DNA of 64,000 nt, from positions 868,001 through 932,000 of the forward strand of contig CATNEN010000024.1 of assembly GCA_950097015.1 (NCBI GenBank), in the 5' to 3' direction. This DNA comes from Macrostomum hystrix. Taxonomy: Eukaryota > Animalia > Platyhelminthes. The notes under the pieces are model-generated. The model saw nothing but the letters and a program-made list of their open reading frames with translations, was not told the DNA's origin and did no database searches. Position 1 is the first letter of the stretch; every line of letters starts with the position of its first letter. Shown here in pieces: positions 10,801 to 23,400 of this stretch. The position numbers and the translations under genes were made by a program.

Positions 10801-13800
10801 TACATACGGCAAGCTGCAGTCTGCAATGTTTGTCCAGACAAAAAGGGGCGCGTTAATGGGTTGGGTGGCAGAGCAGTCTACCGCGTTTGCCTCTTGCACC
10901 AAGGTCCCTGAGCTCGATTCCACGGCGAGGCCGCGCTCATTTGGTGCGCAGACGCGGAGAGAAGGCTTCGGGGCTACACACCTGTGTGAGTATCACCAAT
11001 TCACCTAATAATTTTCCAGTGCCCACCGCTGCACTATTATCGTCATCTAATAAGCGACCCAAAAATTTCGCAAGCAGGTTAAGGTTACCCCGCCGCAGGC
11101 CGGCCATGGTGGAGTAGCGCATGCGGAAGCCGCGTGCAGTTCCAGCAGTGTCAGTGGACAGGCGCACGCTGAGCAGTCCGCTGCTGGCATTGTAGATTGT
11201 CACACTTGGCCATTCAAGGGCCTCGCTACTGGCCGAGCCCAGCAGTCGGCGAGCGGGCGACTCCAGCGCGCCGTCGTAGACATAGACCCGGTCGCAGCAG
11301 GCCTCCAGTTGGAGGTCCTCGAACCAGGCTAGCAGCTCGCCGGCTCCGGGTTGACTGGCGACCTGCCAGCCGCAGTCGGCATTGTTTGAGTACGGCTCGG
11401 AGCCGTAGCCGGGGTGGCTGTAAATGAAGCCGCTAAGCGATGCGTTTATGTAGCGAGATGTGGCGTTGCAGGCTGCTGCTGCTGCTGCAAATCGGTTGAA
11501 ATATAACTATAATAATTGCAGGGGGGCTGTGGGCAATGGCATATCAATGGCGACACTAGACCCACAGCCAGTGAGGAGGCAATTCTGCCCATTCCGCTGA
11601 CTCCTGAGCACACACACGCACAGATATATTCTCACACAGGTGTGTACGTCTGCCCTGACTTTCTCATCGTCAGGCAGTGTACACTCTCACTGTGCCTTGG
11701 AGGTTGGCCCTCGAGGGTGTACATTGCAGGACGAGCCCCCAAGCCTTGTCTTCGCGACTGCGCCCCAAATTAATGTGGCCTCGCCGCGGAATCGAACTTA
11801 GGGACCTTGGCGCGAGAGGCAAAAGCGTTAACCGCTCTGCCCCCGACCCCCAAATTTACAATACTCTTCTATAAGTTCAACAAGCAGATGAATTACTAGT
11901 TACAGATCCATCAAGGGTGAGATCTGTATCTAGCAAGTCTAAGTCTGTAACTACCTGACTCTCTGTCGGCAACGACACACATTGTACATTGTACACACAA
12001 TTTAAATTGCGATCGAACGAGTAGGCTATCACGGGATAGTCTGGTGATTTTCAAGGTCATCCCAATGCATGTTCACTCTGAACAACACGCTTTAACCGCG
12101 TGGCCACTAACCAGAAGCCTATGATGTCACTGATAGCCAATGTCTGAGAAGCATTTTCGAGAAGCATCACGAAATTTATAAAATGTTCCCTGTCCAGCGG
12201 TCACGTGACTCACAGGTGATCTGTACGGTGCCAATGCTCAGCTGAAATCCAACGGCGCCGCCTCGACTGTCCGTGACAAATCTGACGGAGAGGCCGCCAG
12301 AACTGCTCAGACTGAAGCTGGCATTGGGGTGCACTTCAACTGGGCCGCAGTAGCTCGAGCTGGCGGTCGCCTCGTTGAAGATCACGCAGTCGGAGGAGTC
12401 GGCTAGGCTGAGTCGGTTGACAGTGACCAGCAGCATGGAGCCTGGCGTGTAGGGAGCCAACCAGCTGCAGTTCAGATTGGCGGGATAGCCGACGCTTGGG
12501 AAGCCCCGGTGGCTGCTCAGCCAACCGCTGCTAGTCCCGTTCCAGATCAGCTGGCCGCAGTCTGCGAGAAGGAGAACCAACTCTACCAGCTCTAACAAGG
12601 GCTGCAGTTATTAAGGACATTCAGGATCAAATTAGTCGGGACTTGTATTCCACTGCAGTTTCTCAAGGTCCCTGAGCTCGATTCCGCGGCGAGGCCACAT
12701 TCATTTGGGGCGCAGCGGCGGAGAGAAGGCTTGGGGCTTGTCGTGAAATTTACGCCCTTGAGGGCCAGCCTCCAAGGCACAGTGTGGGTGTACACTGACT
12801 GACGATGAGAAAGTCAGGGCAGATGTACACACCTATGTAAGAGTGTGCCTGCGTGCGTGTGCTCAGGAGTCAGCGAAATGGGCAGAATTGCTTCCTCGCT
12901 GGCTGCGGGTCGAGTGTCACTCAATAATGTGCCATTGCCTACAGCCCTCTGTGGGCAATTATTATTATAAGTTCTTAAGAAAATTTTGACTTTTAACTCA
13001 GATAATCAATAAATATTTATCCCGAAAGTGTGAAACACAATCCCAAGTGTCTCACAGGTGTCTGCAGACGTCCAGGTGACACGGAAGCCGGCGTCTCCGG
13101 GCCCAACTCCGGACAGGTAGCTCAGCTGGGTGACTCCGTCGCTCAGGACCAGTTCGCCGACTCCGCCCACGTCGCCGCCGCACAGTCGGCTCCAGCTGGC
13201 GCCGGTTCCGGCGAAGCCCAGGCAGCTGGCCGCATTGCTTGGCAGCCCGGGCGGCTCCAGCTGGTAAGTCAACTGCTGGCCAGCTGGCGCGCTCACCGTC
13301 CAGCTGCAGAAGTACCAGCCGGTGTAGGCCGCCGGCCGGTGCTCAATAACCGTCGGCGTCCGACTGATGTTCACCGTCTGGCCGTTGCTGGCGCACACTT
13401 TGTGCGTTGAACAGCGATTTATACATTGAAATAGAAGCTGTGACAACTGACTGCTGCGACAACTGACTTCTGTGACAACTGACTGCTGCGACAACTGACT
13501 TCTGTGACAACTGACTGCTGCGACAACTGACTTCTGTGACAACTGACTGCTGTGACAACTGACTGCTGTGACAACTGACTGCTGTGACAACTGACTGCTG
13601 TGACAACTGACTGCTGTGACAACTGACTGCTGTGACAACTGACTGCTGTGACAACTGACTGCTGTGACAACTGACTGCTGTGACAACTGACTGCTGCGAC
13701 AACTGACTGCTGCGACAACTGACTGCTGTGACAACTGACTGCTGTGACAACTGACTGCTGCGACAACTGACTGCTGTGACAACTGACTGCTGTGACAACT

Positions 13801-15861
13801 GACTGCTGTGATAACTGTCTGCAAGCAGGCAGTTGTCACGCAGGCATTGTGCGCAGGCAATTGTCGTGCTTCCCATGACTGGTTAAGCCTGAATGTTAGA
13901 CCAAGAGCCACTAGTAGTTAGCTTTAGCAGTCCTTCAGTATCCCGTTTGTACTTTAGCTTTAGTAGCTCTTTTTGAGTAGTACTTGCCTTAGACGTCGAT
14001 ACAAAACAGCATTGTGTGCTCAAGTGTTAAACCCTATCCAATAGACATCTTCCTCACCTCTGACCCAGGCGAACCTGGCGGAGAAGCCGCTGGCCGCATT
14101 CCAGTCCTGCCGGCCGTCCAGAGCCGACGCTGCAACGAACGAGAGCGTCAGGCCACCTCGCGGTAGGCCGCCCCACTGCAGCAGCTCCTGGCGCACCGAG
14201 GATCCGCAGCGTCTGGCCAGCTCGCTGCCGTTGGCGCCGCTGACAATCAGGCAGTCGTCAGCGGCGTACAGGCTGGCGTTCACAATGTCTAATACGAAGC
14301 CAGTAACGTCGGAGCCGAAGTTGGGTGCAACGGTGAAGTTCCAGCGCCAGTTGATGCCGGATGGACATTGTCGACCAGCCAGCCGGCTGTTGGCATCCAC
14401 CGAGCCGTTTGATCCGCCAACTCGCAGCTGACGGGCGCAATCTGACGGGTGCAGGCATTTTTGCGTTCAGCGACTAGGAACTAGCAATTAAGCTACCACT
14501 TTGGTCAGGGATTCAAATATTGTGGTAACTGCGATGGACATTGTCTAAAACAAGATGCATTCCCTTATAATACGAGTAGAACCTCTTGTCATCCTCTTGA
14601 CAAGTTTGTTATTTTTTCTTAGATATACTGACGTGTTATCCCATTATCAGTAGAAATATGACAGGGCCTTTCAAATACCCGCATTAATAATTTTTCTGCA
14701 TTTCCCAAAATATCCAACCAATCGCGATGAAAATCCAGATTACGGGGTAAAAGTTTCCGCTCTATCTGATTCAACAACTTCCAGAATCACAAAACATCGG
14801 CATCGTCGATATATTCAGCGATTCTCGTCGGGTGTCTGGTGTCTGGTGTCTGGTGGCAGGCATATTTTTGTTTATATCTACATTTATTTACTCATTTTCT
14901 TAACGTCTCTTTATATATGTTTTCTTTATAATTTTCCTAGCTCATCATCCCTCTCTATTAGAATGCATTTTTTTAAATCAAGTTTTTCATATTCTTGAAG
15001 AGTTTTAAAACGGCCCTTTTAAGGGCTTTGGTAAGTGTCCGTTCTGTAAGTGATTCAGCTATGAGGAAAACTAAAAAAGGCTTCTGTTTTACTGTTATTT
15101 ACAAGATATAGATAACTCTGCTTTAACCAAATAAAATTCACAGGATCAATAATATTAATAACAATGATAATTGATAATGCTTCCCGATCGGACGGCTGCG
15201 TGCGGCTGTTCAGTCCATGGACTTAAAGGACGCCACGCCCAACCTCAATTAACCCAGCTAATACTGGTATCCATTTTGATAAAGGACGAAACTGGTTCCG
15301 GTCGAGTCGGAATTCGAACCCCCGACGCTCTAATCGCTTGGCCAAAACCAAAAAAAACGATCGATAAAGCAGTGCCAAACCTGCGGGCTTATAGAATCGA
15401 TAGGCCAATCGAAATCCCGACATTGCCGACAGCTTCGCTCTCAGGCTGATCACCGGGCCGCCGCTGACGTAACCGGAGGCCGCCGCTGCAGCCGCTGCCG
15501 CGGAGCCGCAGGCCGCCAACTGGGGCCTCCAGCCAGCCGAATCGGCCAACTCGACGCAGTCATCAGGCGTTGTCAAGCCCAACGATTGAAACTGGACGGC
15601 CAGAGCTGAGCCGGGCGGAGATTCCAGCTGCCAGGCGCAGTCAACAGCTGATCGGTTGCCTAGCAACGCTGGACTGTCCGGATAGCCGACGCGGCTCACG
15701 AGCTGCCCGCCGGCCGAGTCGGCTGATAGCGTTGGTCGGCCGCAGTCGGTCTCCTGGGCCATGGCAACGGTTGCTAACGCTGCTGCAGCGACTGCCAGGT
15801 GGACTAGCAGGGAGGCTGAGAATTTCGCTGAATGAATCGATGGAGGAGTGATTTGGAGTTG
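4866..15861 (-). CDS. Type I transmembrane receptor with 11 CUB domains, one TM helix and a Tyr/Pro motif-rich cytoplasmic tail (~1680 aa, 14 exons)
   Basis: Exons (minus strand): 15861-15381, 14441-14058, 13397-13056, 12561-12214, 11484-11089, 10820-10449, 10125-9769, 9038-8283 (two CUBs), 7969-7595, 7423-7034, 6513-6416 (TM: SLPVSLIAIICGSIAGLIVIAIVVTLIVLSRQ), 6332-6267, 5671-5597, 5474-4866. All introns GT-AG; introns after the CUB exons are phase 1 and the three tail introns phase 0; the frame stays open throughout. CUB hallmarks: C...GxLxSHxGY...C-W, LEACCDRVYVYDG, FxTD...GF. The 5' end is uncertain (no ATG before the signal peptide). Confidence 0.85.
5828..5930. repeat. Fragment of dispersed repeat family C (also at ~14710-14860 and ~60545-60780)
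   Basis: Shared motif GGCATCGTC(A/G)A..(C/T)ATTCA(A/G)CG.TTCTCGTCGGG..T.TCTGGT in all three places. Confidence 0.65.
6055..6125 (+). mobile_element. SINE family A, head fragment
   Basis: CCAAGGTCCCTGAGCTCGATTCCGCAGCGAGGCCA matches the B-box region of the full copies. Confidence 0.7.
6790..7010. repeat. 45-bp intronic minisatellite, ~5 copies
   Basis: CGCGGATTGGATGAGAGGGGCAGATCCGTAAAGAATGAAGTTGCA units next to the exon 7423-7034 donor. Confidence 0.9.
9090..9705. repeat. Degenerate 18-bp intronic repeat (CAGCCACCCCACTCCTCA); a related C/A-rich tract lies at 10225-10430
   Basis: Recurrent CCCCACTCCTCACAG core, most regular at 9560-9705. Confidence 0.85.
10880..10985 (+). mobile_element. SINE family A, 5' fragment
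   Basis: CAGAGCAGT...CCAAGGTCCCTGAGCTCGATTCCACGGCGAGGCC...GGAGAGAAGGCTT. Confidence 0.75.
11515..11850 (-). mobile_element. SINE family A, full-length (~335 bp, tRNA-derived head)
   Basis: Reverse complement reads GGGGTCGGGGCAGAGCGG (A box-like)...GTTCGATTCC (B box)...shared body...AT-rich tail; homologous to 12660-12965, 35110-35452 and 62452-62795. Confidence 0.88.
12660..12965 (+). mobile_element. SINE family A, near full-length, (ATT)n tail
   Basis: ~100 bp identical by eye to the copy at 62452-62795; ends GCAATTATTATTAT. Confidence 0.88.
13436..13812. repeat. 16-bp intronic minisatellite (GCTGTGACAACTGACT), ~23 copies
   Basis: Direct tandem copies just upstream of the exon 13397 acceptor. 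Confidence 0.96.
14710..14860. repeat. Fragment of dispersed repeat family C
   Basis: CAACCAATCG...ACAACTTCCAGAATCACAAA.CAT.GGCA.CGTCGA.ATATTCA.CGATTCTCGTCGGG shared with 60545-60660. Confidence 0.75.
15185..15340 (-). mobile_element. SINE family B, partial copy
   Basis: Reverse complement contains GGGGGTTCGAATTCC (B box) and GTGGCGTCC...AGTCCATGGACTGAACAGCCG, shared with 30710-30985 and 53835-54058. Confidence 0.75.
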
Positions 15862-16024
15862 CTATGCAAAACTGAGCCACTTTGAAGTGTTGGCACTGTT
15901 CAAATTAGAAATCAAATAATATAAAGCAAGTCAGTGTTATGTAAGACTTTGGAAGCCTAATGATTTAGCTTATTTAGGAATCCAATGGTTAAGGCCTGAT
16001 GTCAGGCATCAGTATTATCGAGAT

Positions 16025-17345
16025 AATTTTAGGATCATAGGGAAGGTCATTCTACGATCATAAGAAGGGTACTGTTAGGTTCATTGGAAGTGTCATTCTA
16101 GGATCATAGGAAGAGTCATTCTAGGATCATAGGAACAGTCATTCTAGGATCATAGGAAGAGTCATTCTAGGATCATAGGAAGGGTCGTTTTAGGATCATA
16201 GGAAGGGTCGTTTAAGGATCATAGAAAGGGTCATTCTAGGATCATAGGAAGAGTCATTCTAGGATCATAGGAAGAGTCATTCTAGGATCATAGGAAGGGT
16301 CATTCTAGGATCATAGGAAGGGTCATTCTAGGATCATAGGAAGGGTCATTCTAGGATCATAGGAAGGGTCGTTTTAGGATCATATGAAGAGTCATTCTAG
16401 GATCATAGGAAGGGTCGTTTTAGGATCATAGAAAGGGTCATTCTAGGATCATAGGAAGGGTCATTCTAGGATCATAGGAAGAGTCATTCTAGGATCATAA
16501 GAAGGGTACTGTTAGGTTCATTGGAAGTGTCATTCTAGGATCATAGGAAGAGTCATTCTAGGATCATAGGAACAGTCATTCTAGGATCATAGGAAGAGTC
16601 ATTCTAGGATCATAGGAAGGGTCGTTTTAGGATCATAGGAAGGGTCGTTTAAGGATCATAGAAAGGGTCATTCTAGGATCATAGGAAGAGTCATTCTAGG
16701 ATCATAGGAAGAGTCATTCTAGGATCATAGGAAGAGTCATTCTAGGATCATAGGAAGAGACATTCTAGGATCATAGGAAGAGTCATTCTAGGATCATAGG
16801 AAGAGTCATTCTAGGATCATAGGAAGAGACATTCTAGGATCATAGGAAGGGTCGTTTTAGGATCATAGAAAGGGTCATTCTCGGATCATAGGAAGGGTCA
16901 TTCTAGGATCATAGGAAGAGTCATTCTAGGATCATAGGAAGAGTCATTCTAGGATCATAGGAAGAGACATTCTAGGATCATAGGAAGGGTCGTTTTAGGA
17001 TCATAGAAAGGGTCATTCTCGGATCATAGGAAGGGTCATTCTAGGATCATAGGAAGAGTCATTCTAGGATCATAGGAAGGGTCGTTTTAGGATCATAGGA
17101 AGGGTCATTCTAGGATCATAGGAAGAGTCATTCTAGGATCATAGGAAGGGTCATTCTAGGATCATAGGAAGAGTCATTCTAGGATCATAGGAACAGTCAT
17201 TCTAGGATCATAGGAAGGGTTATTCTAGGATCATAGGAAGGGTCGTTTTAGGATCATAGAAAGGGTCATTCTCGGATCATAGAAAGGGTCATTCTCGGAT
17301 CATTGGGAGGGTCGTTCTAAGATCATTGGAGAAGTCATTTTAGGG
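16025..17345. repeat. 23-bp minisatellite (AGGAAGAGTCATTCTAGGATCAT), ~57 copies, with a 437-bp internal block duplication
   Basis: The variant segment TAAGAAGGGTACTGTTAGGTTCATTGG occurs at 16061 and 16498 (437 = 19 x 23). Confidence 0.97.
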
Positions 17346-18292
17346 TCATAGAGATGGTAATTAAAGGAGTGCAGGGGTATTTTAGCATTGCAGTCACAAA
17401 ACAATACATCGTTACGCTTTACCCGCAGCCATGCAGTTGCTACTGAAGTGTTTTCGATCCACAGTTGTCAAGTTGGAATTGAGAGAAACTCTTATTGATC
17501 TCTAGAAGAAAGCATGAAATTAGTTTCTTATAGTTTGAGACACTATTTTCATAGCTAATGTATCATTTTAGCAACACGGAAATCTAACTAGAATCCGCAA
17601 TTCTGTTTTGTACATGTGTACAAAGTGAAATAATTGCCACGCACAATGGGCTAGCCCTCTATCTCACTTTGCATCACTAACACAAAAGCCTAGTTATAGA
17701 GAGCATTGTGCAAGCAGACTCAGACACCAAAACAATGATGTTAAAGATTGCTTTGCTAGAACGAGCCATTGAAAAACCTTTATTATCTTCACATTATGAA
17801 AATAAGATAGAACAATTCTTTAGACAACACCCTGTATAGCTTTTTCGCCAAATAAATGTAAACAAAAAATTCTATTTTTTTCAGCTGTACTACTTGCAGT
17901 AGCTTGACTCTGAAGAAGTGCATGCCAAAGATTTTTACTGTCAGATTTGAAACATAAAGCAAAAATATGTTAGGCTACTTTCAGCAGAGCAGCACAGCTG
18001 AAGTGTGGCTAAGGCAGCAGCAGCATCAGCAGCAGCAACCTGCTGGCCAGTGGGTGGTGCCATACACTAAAGCCCTTGCGTTTTAGTCAAGCGAGCCAGT
18101 GCATTATTTACCAGCTTAATTCACCTAGCAGAATCTGCATCACAATTAGGCTTTTGTTCTAGCGACAATGCGATTTAGCTTAAGGCGAAAGGAGCCAGTT
18201 TGAGTTGTTCAGCGGTAAAAATAGATTATCAAATTGAGAACCGGTTTTGTTACCAAGAAGAATACAACTTTCTACCTGTTTTATGACAATAA

Positions 18293-20188
18293 CCCACTCA
18301 CTCACTCACTCACTCACTCACTCACTTACTCACTCACTCACTCACTCACTCACTCACTCACTTACTCACTCACTCACTCACTCACTCACTCACTCACTTA
18401 CTCACTCACTCACTCACTCACTCACTCACTTACTCACACCCACTCACTCACTCACTCACTTACTCACTCACTCACTCACTCACTCACTCACTCACTCACT
18501 CACTCACTCACTCACTTACTCACACCCACTCACTCACTCACTCACTTACTCACTTACTCACACCCACTCACTCACTCACTTACTCACACCCACTCACTCA
18601 CTCACTCACTTACTCACTCACTCACTTACTCACTCACTCACTCACTCACTCACTCACTCACTCACTCACTCACTTACTCACTCACTCACTCACTTACTCA
18701 CACCCACTCACTCACTCACTCACTTACTCACTCACTCACTCACTTACTCACTCACTCACTCACTCACTCACTCACTCACTCACTTACTCACACCCACTCA
18801 CTCACTCACTCACTTACTCACTCACTCACTTACTCACTCACTCACTCACTCACTCACTCACTCACTTACTCACTCACTCACTCACTCACTCACTCACTCA
18901 CTTACTCACTCACTCACTCACTTACTCACACCCACTCACTCACTCACTCACTTACTCACTCACTCACTTACTCACTCACTCACTCACTCACTCACTCACT
19001 CACTCACTCACTCACTCACTCACTCACTCACTTACTCACTCACTCACTCACTTACTCACACCCACTCACTCACTCACTCACTTACTCACTCACTCACTCA
19101 CTCACTCACTCACTCACTCACTCACTCACTCACTTACTCACACCCACTCACTCACTCACTCACTTACTCACTTACTCACACCCACTCACTCACTCACTTA
19201 CTCACACCCACTCACTCACTCACTCACTTACTCACTCACTCACTTACTCACTCACTGACTCACTCACTCACTCACTCACTCACTCACTCACTCACTCACT
19301 TACTCACTCACTCACTCACTTACTCACACCCACTCACTCACTCACTCACTTACTCACTCACTCACTCACTTACTCACTCACTCACTCACTCACTCACTCA
19401 CTCACTCACTCACTCACTCACTCACTTACTCACACCCACTCACTCACTCACTCACTTACTCACTCACTCACTTACTCACTCACTCACTCACTCACTCACT
19501 CACTCACTCACTCACTCACTCACTCACTCACTCACTCACTCACTCACTCACTCACTCACTTACTCACACTCACTTACTCACACCCACTCACTCACTCACT
19601 CACTTACTCACTCACTCACTCACTCACTCACTCACTCACTCACTCACTCACTCACTCACTCACTTACTCACTCACTCACTCACTCACTCACTCACTTACT
19701 CACACCCACTCACTCACTCACTCACTTACTCACTCACTCACTCACTTACTCACACCCACTCACTCACTCACTCACTTACTCACTCACTCACTTACTCACT
19801 CACTCACTCACTCACTCACTCACTCACTCACTCACTCACTCACTCACTTACTCACACCCACTCACTCACTCACTCACTTACTCACTTACTCACACCCACT
19901 CACTCACTCACTTACTCACACCCACTCACTCACTCACTCACTTACTCACTCACTTACTCACTCACTCACTCACTCACTCACTCACTCACTCACTTACTCA
20001 CTCACTCACTTACTCACTCACTCACTCACTCACTCACTCGCTCACTCACTCACTCACTCACTCACTCACTTACTCACTCACTCACTCACTCACTCACTCA
20101 CTCACTCACTCACTCACTCACTCGCTCACTCACTCACTCGCTCACTCACTCACTCACTCACTCACTCACTCACTCACTTACTCACTCA
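18293..20188. repeat. (CACT)n microsatellite, ~1.9 kb, with TACT and CACACC interruptions
   Basis: Direct reading; source of the HSLT ORFs. Confidence 0.99.
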
Positions 20189-20462
20189 CGTCCGGACAGT
20201 GCAAATATGCAGCCACATCAACTCATAAAGTGGCTAGATTCTCTTTGCCTAAATTCTGAATTGCCATGACAACCGCTGGAAGCTGCACCGGCAGTTGACG
20301 GCCCGCTAAGCGGGTAAGACAGCAAACACGGACGCCCCAAGGGGTAAAGCGCATTTAAGAAGGCCAGCGAGCACCCAAAATCATCGGCCGAAAAAAAAGC
20401 TTGCCAGAAAAGTGTTTGAGAAGCCAGACCGATAGGCTGCATTTTGACGGCTGCAATCAAAC

Positions 20463-23400
20463 ATGCCGAAGATGTTGGCTGAACATTTTCTTTTCTTGGC
20501 CGCGGTGTTGACTCTAACTGTGGCTCGCGGTGAGTTTACGATCGTATTTTCTTATATGAGCTCCGTCATTGAGACGTCACAGCTAACAGAATATTATTTT
20601 TTTTCAAACAGCCAGCAGTGTCGCCGTCGAGATGCTGGAGGTCACGGGTTCGATCTCCTTGGATTCCAGCGTCTGCAGCCAGGTGACAAACGTCAGCGGC
20701 TCCCAGACGCCGCCTCGATCGGTCATCGAGTGCGTGCTGGAATGCGGTGGCGCTGAGTGCGCCGCGGCTGCCTGGTTCAGCGCCGACTCCCGCTGCCAGC
20801 TCTTAACCTTCAGCGACAGCGGCAGCAGCGGCTGCCTCACATCCAGGCTGCTGCAGGCTGCGCCACCAGCTGTCCAGGTGTTCAAGAAGCCCGACTTGAG
20901 CACTCGGATTTTGTCGGCTAGCGGATTTATGGCTTTCAGCGGTGAGGGCCGCGTTACTGAAGGGTTGGAGTGAGGGAGTCCAGGGTGCAACTGAAGGGTT
21001 GGAGTGAGGGAGTCCAGGGTGAACTGAAGGGTTGGAGTGAGGGAGTCCAGGGTGAACTGAAGGGTTGGAGTGAGGGAGTCCAGGGTGAACTGAAGGGTTG
21101 GAGTGAGGGAGGCCAGGGTGAAATGAAGGGTTGGAGTGAGGGAGGCCAGGGTGAACTGAAGGGTTGGAGTGAGGGAGTCCAGGGTGAACTGAAGGGTTGG
21201 AGTGAGGGAGGCCAGGGTGAAATGAAGGGTTGGAGTGAGGGAGGCCAGGGTGAACTGAAGGGTTGGAGTGAGGGAGGCCAGGGTGAAATGAAGGGTTGGA
21301 GTGAGGGAGGCCAGGGTGAACTGAAGGGTTGGAGTGAGGGAGTCCAGGGTGAACTGAAGGGTTGGAGTGAGGGAGGCCAGGGTGAAATGAAGGGTTGGAG
21401 TGAGGGAGGCCAGGGTGAAATGAAGGGTTGGAGTGAGGGAGTCCAGGGTGCAGCTGAAGGGTTGGAGTGAGGGAGTCCAGGGTGAACTGAAGGGTTGGAG
21501 TGAGGGAGTCCAGGGTGCAGCTGAAGGGTTGGAGTGAGGGAGTCCAGGGTGAACTGAAGGGTTGGAGTGAGGGAGTCCAGGGTGCAGCTGAAGGGTTGGA
21601 GTGAGGGAGTCCAGGGTGAACTGAAGGGTTGGAGTGAGGGAGTCCAGGGTGAACTGAAGGGTTGGAGTGAGGGAGTCCAGGGTGAACTGAAGGGTTGGAG
21701 TGAGGGTGCAACTGGGCGGAGGGTTTTACTCGCAAGTAGGCAAATGGTTGCACGCGGCTCATTGTGATATTAAATGACAGACTCGCATTTTTTCTGAATA
21801 ATGGTCAGAAGACAAGATGAAAGCGGTTAATATATGCTGCCATTGTTTCTCAAAAAGAAATATGAAAGTCAATTTAACGAAATATTTCTTGCGAAATAGT
21901 TGATAGTCAACCAATGGCCTTGGTGAAAAGCCTACGTTTTTATTCCTATAAATAATTAAAGCATGATTGACAAACTCAAGCAGGCTTTTGCAATGCCCTC
22001 CAGATGCAAATGGCTGAATTTGGTAAGTGGGAAATTCAGTTCGCATGGAAACAGAATGGATTAATAAATGATTGCTGCTGCAAAACGGGCCGTTTCGTAC
22101 CCATTTTTATATCAAGGGCCCTTGGTAGTTCTACCGTTAATGCGGTGTGTGTAATACCTACAACTTTAGGAGTACTGACTGTATTTGTAACTGGTAATTG
22201 CAGAGATAGCCCGTATATACTTTGCCATCTATGCACGGTATAACTCTTTGAATACTGTATGTCCCTCGCCTAATCTACCTATTCACAACGTCCCTCTCCC
22301 AATGTGCCTCAGAAAAGTGTCCCTGTCCTTATCTACCTAACCACAATATCCCTGTCCTTATCTACCTCACAACAATGTCCCTGTGCTCTCCCTCATTACA
22401 ATGTCCCTGTCCTTATCTACCTCCCAAAATGTCTCTGTCCGTATCTATCTCACCCCAATGTCCTTATCTCCCTCAACACAACGTCACTCTCCGTATCTAC
22501 CTCACAACAATGTCTCTGTCCTTTTCTACTTCCCCACAACGTCCCTGTCCTTATCTACCTCACTAAAATATCTCTGTCCTAATCTACGTTACAATAATGT
22601 CCCATTCTTTATCTACCTCACCACAATGTCAGCTCAGTCTTTTGTAAGAAAGAGGGCATTTTTCATCTTCTAAAAATGACATCCCCGAGACATCCCAGTG
22701 CCTGATTGTCCGCAGTGACCGGCAGCGGCGCCAACGGAGCCATCCAGGTAGCTAGAATCGGCACCGCCGGCTGCTACCGGGTCGAAGCCCGCGGCGCCAG
22801 AGGCGGCTCCACCTGGAGCGGCTTCAATCCCGTCACCAGGGGCGGCTTCGGCGCCACCGTGGCCGCCGATTTCAACTTGCCGGCCGGCCTCAACCTGTCT
22901 GTTGTTGTCGGCCAACGCGGCGGCGACGCCAGTCAGGCCAACGATGGCGCCGGTGGTGGCGGCGGCGGCGGCAGCTTTGTCTACCTGGCCAATGACACCC
23001 TGTTGCTGGCCGCTGGCGGTGGCGGGGGCGCCGGCCGGGCCTACACGGGTTGGTCATGGCTTCAGACTGGCTATTGATGTGCTCCATTCTGTTCGTTCAC
23101 CCATGGGATAGATTAGCAATCCATTCTGTTCCTTCATTCATGGGATAGATTAGCAATCCATTCTGTTCCTTCATCCATGGGATAGATTAGCAATCCATTC
23201 TGTTCCTTCACCCATGGGATAGACTAGCAATCCATTCTGTTCCTTCACCCATGGGATAGATTAGCAATCCATTCTGTTCCATCACCCATGGGATAGATTA
23301 GCAATCCATTCTGTTCCTTCACCCATGGGATAGATTAGCAATCCATTCTGTTCCATCACCCATGGGATAGATTAGCAATCCATTCTGTTCCTTCACCCAT

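Noticed and set aside
18234-20259. 664-670-aa His/Ser/Leu/Thr ORFs
   Set aside because: Translation of a (CACT)n microsatellite that happens to lack stops.
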